DNA of 10,032 nucleotides from Escherichia coli (GTDB lineage Bacteria; Pseudomonadota; Gammaproteobacteria; Enterobacterales; Enterobacteriaceae): NCBI RefSeq assembly GCF_036507355.1, contig NZ_AP027880.1; one strand, 5' to 3'. Shown piece by piece: positions 5,679 to 10,032 of this stretch (position 1 is its first letter; each line of letters starts with the position of its first letter). The notes under the pieces were generated by a model. It saw only the letters and a program-made list of their open reading frames with translations, ran no database searches and was not told where the DNA came from. The position numbers and the translations under genes were made by a program.

Positions 5679-5705
5679 GCGAGGCCAGCGGCCAATAGGC
5701 GAAAG

Positions 5706-5734
5706 GTCGGCCGGCTCTGCCGGCCGGCTTTTTT
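5706..5734 (+). terminator. Rho-independent terminator on the + strand with no + strand gene upstream of it (orphan).
   Basis: Stem CGGCCGG (5708..5714) pairs with CCGGCCG (5720..5726), loop CTCTG, closing G5706-C5728, then a T6 run at 5729..5734. Confidence 0.65.
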
Positions 5735-6088
5735 CATGGAATCGGATCCCGGTCGCCGGCCGGGGATTCCTTCAACGTGTAATCGGTCACGCTAGAAAGC
5801 CATAGGACGCGCTAGGAGCGCCGCACCGGCCGGGCCGCTACCTTCCCCCTCCCCTGCCCTAAAGAACGCCGCCACGGGCTGCCAGCGCAGCCGTAGGCGT
5901 ATCAGATTACACGTGCCCCCCGGCCTCTTTTGGTGCTTTCCACCTATCAGCCCGCAACCAGGTCAAAGGAGATCCACGACACTGGCCGCCAGCTCTCTTC
6001 CCTGCCGAGCCTGCCGGCCGGTAGGCCGGCCCATCGCCGGCGCAGCCGGCGCTACAAAACGCTTCGGCCGCTTGCGGCCGTCCGATTA

Positions 6089-6143
6089 GCCGGAGGGGGA
6101 GCCGCCGCCGCAGGCGGTGGGGGAACCCCGCAGGGGTGCCCCA
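6089..6143. repeat. Copy 2 of the 55-bp GC-rich double-hairpin element, just upstream of the Rep_3 start.
   Basis: 55/55 identical to 2024..2078. The flanks are also related but with indels (CAAAACGC...CCGATT.GCC on the left of both copies). Confidence 0.9.
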
Positions 6144-6188
6144 AGGGGGGCGACGTCGCGGAGGGCCGCAGGCCCGGAGGTTGTCAGG

Positions 6189-6986
6189 ATGGCAGGGACG
6201 AAGCGGGAGCAAATGGCCCTGGCGCACAAGGCGCAGGGCTACGACGTGGCCGACGTGGAGCGGCCAGCGAGGGAACGGTGGGTGACGATGAGCAATGCGC
6301 TCACGCGGGCAGGCCACGGCCTGACGCTGGCCGAGAAACGCATCGTGGCCGCTGCGGTGTCCAAGCTGGGCAGCCGCCGCGTGCTCAAGCCCGGCGAGGT
6401 GCCGCGCACCAAGATCACCGCTGCCGAATATGCCGAGACCTTCGAGGTCGATATGAACACGGCCTATGACCAGCTCCAGGGCGCGGCCAAGCAGCTCTAC
6501 AACCGCTCGATCACGTTCTACGAGCCAGCCCACAAGCGCAACGGCAAGCCGCTGCCGCCGACGCGGGTGCAAATGCGCTGGGTGGGGTCGGTGAAGTACC
6601 AGGACGGCGAGGGCTGGGTCGAGCTGGCGTGGTGGCCGGATCTGCTGCGCCACCTCACCGGCCTGCAACGGCAGTTCACGACCTACCAGCTCCAGCAGGC
6701 CAGCGCCCTGCGCTCGGGCTACTCCTGGAAGCTCCTGGAACTGCTGATGCGCTTCGAGTCGACCGGCTGGGCCGAATACACCATCGAGGACTTCAAAGCC
6801 TCGATGGACGCGCCACCGAGCCTCAGTGACTTCGGCCAAGTGAAGCGCCGGATCATCGATCCTGCGGTCAAGGAACTGACCGAGAAGGACGGCTGGCTGA
6901 TCCAGTGGCAGCCGATCAAGGCGGGCCGCAAGGTCAAGGCGCTGCGCTTCACCTTCATGCGCGATCCGCAGGGGCGGCTGCTGTAA
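6189..6986 (+). CDS. rep: Rep_3-family plasmid replication initiator (265 aa).
   Basis: Start chosen at ATG 6189, with GGAGG at 6176..6180; the track start at 6117 lies inside the duplicated 55-bp element. MSNALTRAGHGLTLAEKRIVAAAVSKL, YSWKLLELLMRF and the C-terminal IDPAVKELTEK...IKAGRKVKALRFTF are the classic tandem winged-helix signatures of Rep_3 initiators. Confidence 0.85.
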   Translation: MAGTKREQMALAHKAQGYDVADVERPARERWVTMSNALTRAGHGLTLAEKRIVAAAVSKLGSRRVLKPGEVPRTKITAAEYAETFEVDMNTAYDQLQGAAKQLYNRSITFYEPAHKRNGKPLPPTRVQMRWVGSVKYQDGEGWVELAWWPDLLRHLTGLQRQFTTYQLQQASALRSGYSWKLLELLMRFESTGWAEYTIEDFKASMDAPPSLSDFGQVKRRIIDPAVKELTEKDGWLIQWQPIKAGRKVKALRFTFMRDPQGRLL

Positions 6987-7078
6987 CACACCGCCCGCCA
7001 CAGCGGGCAAAGCCGCCGAGTTGGACACCAAAGAGTAAGCAAAAGCCTACAGCGGGCATCGCCAAAGGCTTACACGCG

Positions 7079-8599
7079 CTACCGCTCCATGCCGCCGCGT
7101 GACCGCTGTAGGGTGCGCTGATGCGGCGCAAGCAACGGCTGATAGGTCTGCATCAGGTCTGGCCGTTCGCGCAGCTCTGCGGCCAGCGTGGCCGCCTTTT
7201 GGCTGCTGCGACCAGGCATAGCGTTCACCGCGTCCAGGACTCGGCCAAGCTCGCGCGAAACGCCCTGCACACGCCCCTTTTGGTGTGCTGCCGCAAGGCT
7301 CACGATTTGCTTGGCCATGCCTTGCGCGGCCTGTTGTAGCGCACGCTGCTGCGCCCGTTCTGCCGCCACCTGTTCACGCGCTGCCGGAACCCGTTGCGCC
7401 CATGCTGGATACTTCCGCGCCAAGGTGCGCTCGGCCTTGGTTGTGGCCTTGTCGCGGTAGTGAGTGCGCGACAAATACCCCTCAAGCCGCTTGAGACGTC
7501 GCATTAGGTCGGCCTCTCGCCGCTGCTTCCAGCCCTCGATGCGCTTCATCGTGCCTTGCCAGTCGGCCAGCGCCTTGCCGTACTCGGCTACTTTGCCCGT
7601 GATCCGATTCCACAGCGTGTCCTTCACCTCGGCGGGGCGCTTTTCAGCGTGGTCTACCCGCGCCCGATACCGCTTGTCGCCTATGTCGTGGATCTCCGTC
7701 CGCAAGCGGTGCTCAAGGCGGTCAGCCCGCTGCCTGTAGCCCTTGGCAAGCTCCTTGGTGGTCGTATCCCACTTCTCAACCAGCTCGGCGGCCGGCATCG
7801 CCTCAAACTGCCGCTCGGCCTCCAGGTGGATGACCTCGGCGCGGGCCAGCTCCTGGCGGGCCTCGGCCAGCTCGGCGCGGGCCTGCCGGAACTCGATCAC
7901 GTTGGCCCGGCCCTGGCCGCGCCACTGGCTCGGCAACTGCTTGCGCTCCGGCTCCAGGCCGGTGCCGCGCTCGGCGTGGCTGCGCATGTCGATGCGCTGC
8001 TCCACCCCGGCCCGCTCCAGGTGCGCATTGCACATGGCCTCCCAGCGCCTGCGCAGCTCTTTCAGCTCGGCGGCCCGCTCGGCCTTGGTCAAGGTCTGGC
8101 CCGCGCTCGGGCCGTAGCCCTTGCGTGCGCCGCCCTTCTCCGGGGCCTTGGCGTTGTACCGCTTGAAGTACTGCTCCGGGTCGCGCTCGATGCCGTCGCG
8201 CTGCCGCTCGGAAAACATCAGGTGGACGTGCGGCTGCTCGCCACCATCGGCGGCGGTCGGTACATGGATGGCCCACTGGTAGGCGTGCCGGTCGCCTATT
8301 TCCTGGCGTACAAACTCGCGCACCAGCGCGGCCCGCTGCTCGGCGTCCAGCTCACGCGGGAGGGCAATCTCCATTTCACGGTAGGTGGTGCCGTTCTTGC
8401 GCTCGTAGGCGTCGGCGGCCTGCCAGAAGGCAAGCGGGTTGGACTGCGCCGAGGCGGGCATGTTGCCCGCCTCGGTCGCTTCCAACCTTTCGCCGCGCTC
8501 TAGGCGGTTGGCGTACTGGCCTTCGCGGGCGATGTAGGCGGCATGAGGCCCGGCCTTACCGGCCTTGCCTACCTTCATCGAGAGCCGCGCTATCGCCAT
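7079..8599 (-). CDS. mobA: MOBQ relaxase, MobA/MobL family (RSF1010 MobA N-terminal-domain-like), 506 aa, with no primase domain.
   Basis: MAIARLSMKVGK...AAYIAREG (catalytic Tyr region), FWQAADAYERKNGTTYREMEIALPREL, and HVHLMFSERQRDGIERDPEQYFKRYNAKAPEKGGARK (histidine triad) all parallel RSF1010 MobA. GGAAAGG RBS is present. The C-terminal half is a coiled-coil-like, R/E/A-rich region. Confidence 0.9.
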   Translation of the reverse strand: MAIARLSMKVGKAGKAGPHAAYIAREGQYANRLERGERLEATEAGNMPASAQSNPLAFWQAADAYERKNGTTYREMEIALPRELDAEQRAALVREFVRQEIGDRHAYQWAIHVPTAADGGEQPHVHLMFSERQRDGIERDPEQYFKRYNAKAPEKGGARKGYGPSAGQTLTKAERAAELKELRRRWEAMCNAHLERAGVEQRIDMRSHAERGTGLEPERKQLPSQWRGQGRANVIEFRQARAELAEARQELARAEVIHLEAERQFEAMPAAELVEKWDTTTKELAKGYRQRADRLEHRLRTEIHDIGDKRYRARVDHAEKRPAEVKDTLWNRITGKVAEYGKALADWQGTMKRIEGWKQRREADLMRRLKRLEGYLSRTHYRDKATTKAERTLARKYPAWAQRVPAAREQVAAERAQQRALQQAAQGMAKQIVSLAAAHQKGRVQGVSRELGRVLDAVNAMPGRSSQKAATLAAELRERPDLMQTYQPLLAPHQRTLQRSRGGMER

Positions 8600-8647
8600 G
8601 CCGCCGCCTTTCCTTTGGTGTTGCCGTTGCGCCGCAGGCGCAGGGGT

Positions 8648-8709
8648 TCAGGGGCTTGCCCCTGACGCGCGTTTCTCGGCTTGCCGAGAAACAACTAAGC
8701 GCGCCTTCT
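8648..8709 (+). other. oriT (RSF1010/R1162-like): inverted repeat followed by a nic-core-like sequence.
   Basis: GTTTCTCGG-CTTG-CCGAGAAAC (8671..8692) is followed by AACTAAGCGCGCCTTCT (8693..8709). Compare RSF1010 GTTTCTCGAAGAGAAAC-CGG-TAAGTGCGCCCT: the core TAAGCGCGCCTT matches 10/12. A second hairpin TCAGGGG-CTTG-CCCCTGA lies at 8648..8665. The site is immediately upstream of, and divergent from, mobA. Confidence 0.7.
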
Positions 8710-8792
8710 ATGGAAGGAAGCATACAGCGCATGCACACGCGCTGTCACCATTTGCATAGAATGGTGCATCACGACCAAAGTGAGTAGCACCG

Positions 8793-8903
8793 ATGACGCA
8801 AAACAAATGGCTCAATGAGCGGCTGGCATATATTCGTGGCCTCAAAGCTCCGAATGACCATCTGCTGACCTTAACAGTTGCAGGTGTTGCAGTTCAGATT
8901 TGA
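8793..8903 (+). pseudogene. Truncated, lower-GC paralog of the small ORF at 1708 (36 codons; homology ends around 8870).
   Basis: MTQNKWLNERLAYIRGLKAPNDHLLTLTVAGVAVQI versus MTQDKWLAERLAYLRGLKAPSDQQRLLLML. By hand alignment, 48 of the first 69 nt are identical. It occupies the position divergent from mobA across oriT. Confidence 0.7.
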
Positions 8904-8928
8904 ATCCACCAAGATAGTCGTTGTCGAG

Positions 8929-8952
8929 CTTTGGGGCTTTGGGGCTTTGGTG
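8929..8952 (+). repeat. 8-bp tandem repeat CTTTGGGG x3 (third copy CTTTGGTG), 58-81 bp upstream of the autotransporter start.
   Basis: Direct reading: G-CTTTGGGG-CTTTGGGG-CTTTGGTG-G. Confidence 0.85.
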
Positions 8953-9009
8953 GTAAAGCATTTTCTAAAGGCTCACAAACCACGGTTATCCAATTCACTG
9001 AGATACAAC

Positions 9010-10032
9010 ATGAAGTTTCGAGTCTTTTGCTTGGCAGCACTCCCCTGCTTTTCGGTTTCAGCGCAGTCTTTAGAAAATTTAGGGTCCTTGACGGCCGACC
9101 AACAGGGAGCCAGCTCTGCCACTGCCGTGAGCGCGGACGGCAGCACGGTCGTGGGGGAGGCTGCTTACGATCTCACGGCAGGCGGGACGGGCAGGCATGC
9201 ATTTCGCTGGACCAGTGCGGGCGGCATGCAGGACTTGGGCGACTTGACGGCCAACCAACAGGGATACAGCTCTGCCACTGCCGTGAGCGCGGACGGCAGC
9301 ACGGTCGTGGGGGGGGCTGCTTACGATCGCACGGCAGGCGGGACGGGCAGGCATGCATTTCGCTGGACCAGTGCGGGCGGCATGCAGGACTTGGGCGACT
9401 TGACGGCCAACCAACAGGGATACAGCTCTGCCACTGCCGTGAGCGCGGACGGCAGCACGGTCGTGGGGGGGGCTGATTACGATCGCACGGCAGGCGGGAC
9501 GGGCAGGCATGCATTTCGCTGGACCAGTGCGGGCGGCATGCAGGACTTGGGCGACTTGACGGCCGACCAACAGGGAGCCAGCTCTGCCTATGCCGTGAGC
9601 GCGGACGGCAGCACGGTCGTGGGGGGGGCTAATTACGATCGCACGGCAGGCGGGACGGACTATCATGCATTTCGCTGGACCAGTGCGGGCGGCATGCAGG
9701 ACTTGGGCGACTTGACGGCCAACCAACAGGGATACAGCCATGCCACTGCCGTGAGCGCGGACGGCAGCACGGTCGTGGGGTGGGCTAATTACGATCTCAC
9801 GGCAGGCGGGACGGGCAGGCATGCATTTCGCTGGACCAGTGCGGGCGGCATGCAGGACTTGGGCGACTTGACGGCCGACCAACAGGGAGCCAGCTCTGCC
9901 TATGCCGTGAGCGCGGACGGCAGCACGGTCGTGGGGTGGGCTAATTACGATCGCACGGCAGGCGGGACGGACTATCATGCATTTCGCTGGACCAGTGCGG
10001 GCGGCATGCAGGACTTGGGCGACTTGACGGCC
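9010..10032 (+). CDS. Type Va autotransporter, N-terminal portion: signal peptide plus HAF-type repeat units 1-6. The frame runs open off the window end and continues at nt 1.
   Basis: ATG at 9010 gives MKFRVFCLAALPCFSVSAQS (basic N-terminus, hydrophobic core, AQS cleavage-type motif), then LENLGSLTA and six 52-aa repeats. There is no stop before 10032, which is presumably why it is absent from the ORF track. 9010 and 1 are in the same frame because the window length is divisible by 3. Confidence 0.8.
   Translation, partial: MKFRVFCLAALPCFSVSAQSLENLGSLTADQQGASSATAVSADGSTVVGEAAYDLTAGGTGRHAFRWTSAGGMQDLGDLTANQQGYSSATAVSADGSTVVGGAAYDRTAGGTGRHAFRWTSAGGMQDLGDLTANQQGYSSATAVSADGSTVVGGADYDRTAGGTGRHAFRWTSAGGMQDLGDLTADQQGASSAYAVSADGSTVVGGANYDRTAGGTDYHAFRWTSAGGMQDLGDLTANQQGYSHATAVSADGSTVVGWANYDLTAGGTGRHAFRWTSAGGMQDLGDLTADQQGASSAYAVSADGSTVVGWANYDRTAGGTDYHAFRWTSAGGMQDLGDLTA
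9097..10032 (+). repeat. Tandem array of 156-bp (52-codon) coding repeats, units 1-6. Unit starts: 9097, 9253, 9409, 9565, 9721, 9877.
   Basis: The period is exactly 156 bp, measured from recurrences of GACTTGACGGCC at 9241, 9397, 9553, 9709, 9865 and 10021. Units are near-identical. The HAF(R)W motif matches the HAF family of probable extracellular repeats. Confidence 0.95.

Noticed and set aside
5610-5795. 61-aa plus-strand ORF across the hairpin/terminator region, or a small RNA promoter inside the right inverted repeat.
   Set aside because: The ORF has no RBS, spans an intrinsic terminator, and is Arg/Pro-rich. I could not find a -10 element at a proper distance from the TTGCAC or TTGGAT hexamers, so no sRNA gene is called as a feature; it is kept only as a hypothesis in the findings.
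6080-6088. GTCCGATTA upstream of Rep_3 matching the RepA iteron core GTCCGATTTA, suggesting cross-regulation of the second replicon by RepA.
   Set aside because: Only an 8-nt exact match, which is expected by chance at an appreciable rate in 20 kb of two-strand sequence. The flanking iteron positions do not match well.
6117-6188. Upstream ATG (6117) as the Rep_3 start, and 5310 as the recombinase start.
   Set aside because: The 6117 extension is encoded by the duplicated 55-bp non-coding element and lacks an RBS, whereas 6189 has GGAGG at the correct spacing. The 5310 extension would overlap the lipoprotein gene, whereas 5190 has AGGAGG and gives the canonical N-terminal distance to the catalytic serine.
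5907-7031. 374-aa ORF on the minus strand, the third-longest in the track.
   Set aside because: It lies entirely antisense to the well-supported Rep_3 gene and its upstream region. The product is Arg/Pro/Gly/Ala/Leu-rich with no recognisable motif. This is a typical shadow ORF in high-GC DNA.
7556-8503. 315-aa ORF on the plus strand.
   Set aside because: It is antisense to the MobA relaxase gene, has a low-complexity L/G/A/R/P composition, and has no RBS or motif. It is a shadow ORF.
9079-9978. 299-aa minus-strand ORF, plus the 8931..9476 and 9173..9514 ORFs, inside the repeat array.
   Set aside because: They stay open only because the 156-bp unit lacks stops in those frames. The products are Arg/Pro/Cys/His-rich repeats. 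The frame starting at 9010 has a signal peptide, HAF motifs, and continuity with the barrel domain.
9097-10032. Regular tandem repeats as a possible CRISPR array.
   Set aside because: The units are contiguous 156-bp copies with no unique spacers, are in-frame coding sequence, and there are no cas genes.
9097-10032. Diversity-generating retroelement as the source of the hypervariable codons.
   Set aside because: There is no reverse transcriptase and no template repeat in the replicon. The variant codons are shared between units in blocks and include changes not explained by adenine-specific mutagenesis (for example CTC/CGC and GGG/TGG). Gene conversion plus selection is the simpler explanation.

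Overview
This 10,032-nt window reads as a complete, circularly permuted small mobilizable plasmid. Its two ends join seamlessly inside one gene, with both the reading frame and the 156-bp repeat phase preserved. That gene is a signal-peptide-bearing type Va autotransporter (9010..10032 joined to 1..1245, about 755 aa) whose passenger is eight 52-aa HAF-type repeats.

High-GC backbone (about 1708..8709):
- a small conserved ORF;
- an iteron / DnaA-box / AT-rich oriV (2098..2414);
- a minus-strand parA, parG-like, repA (RPA family) operon;
- an EexN-like lipoprotein plus serine recombinase operon bracketed by perfect 50-bp inverted repeats;
- a second, unrelated Rep_3-family initiator;
- an RSF1010-MobA-like MOBQ relaxase with an RSF1010-like oriT.

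Lower-GC cargo (about 8710..10032 plus 1..1707): a truncated divergent paralog of the small ORF, the autotransporter, a terminator, and a decayed RHH-antitoxin / RelE-toxin pair.

Most interesting observations:
1. The recombinase cassette looks like a self-encoded invertible segment. It has crossover-like dyads with TG/CA cores in inverted orientation, sits between the two replicons, and has an orphan terminator on one side only.
2. In the autotransporter repeat array, every inter-unit difference across six units is nonsynonymous and confined to 9 of 52 codons.
3. A 55-bp GC-rich double-hairpin element is duplicated next to both replication modules.
4. The cargo is delimited by the oriT nic region on one side and by duplicated 5-prime ends of the same small gene.

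All family assignments come from motif recognition by eye; no database search was run.
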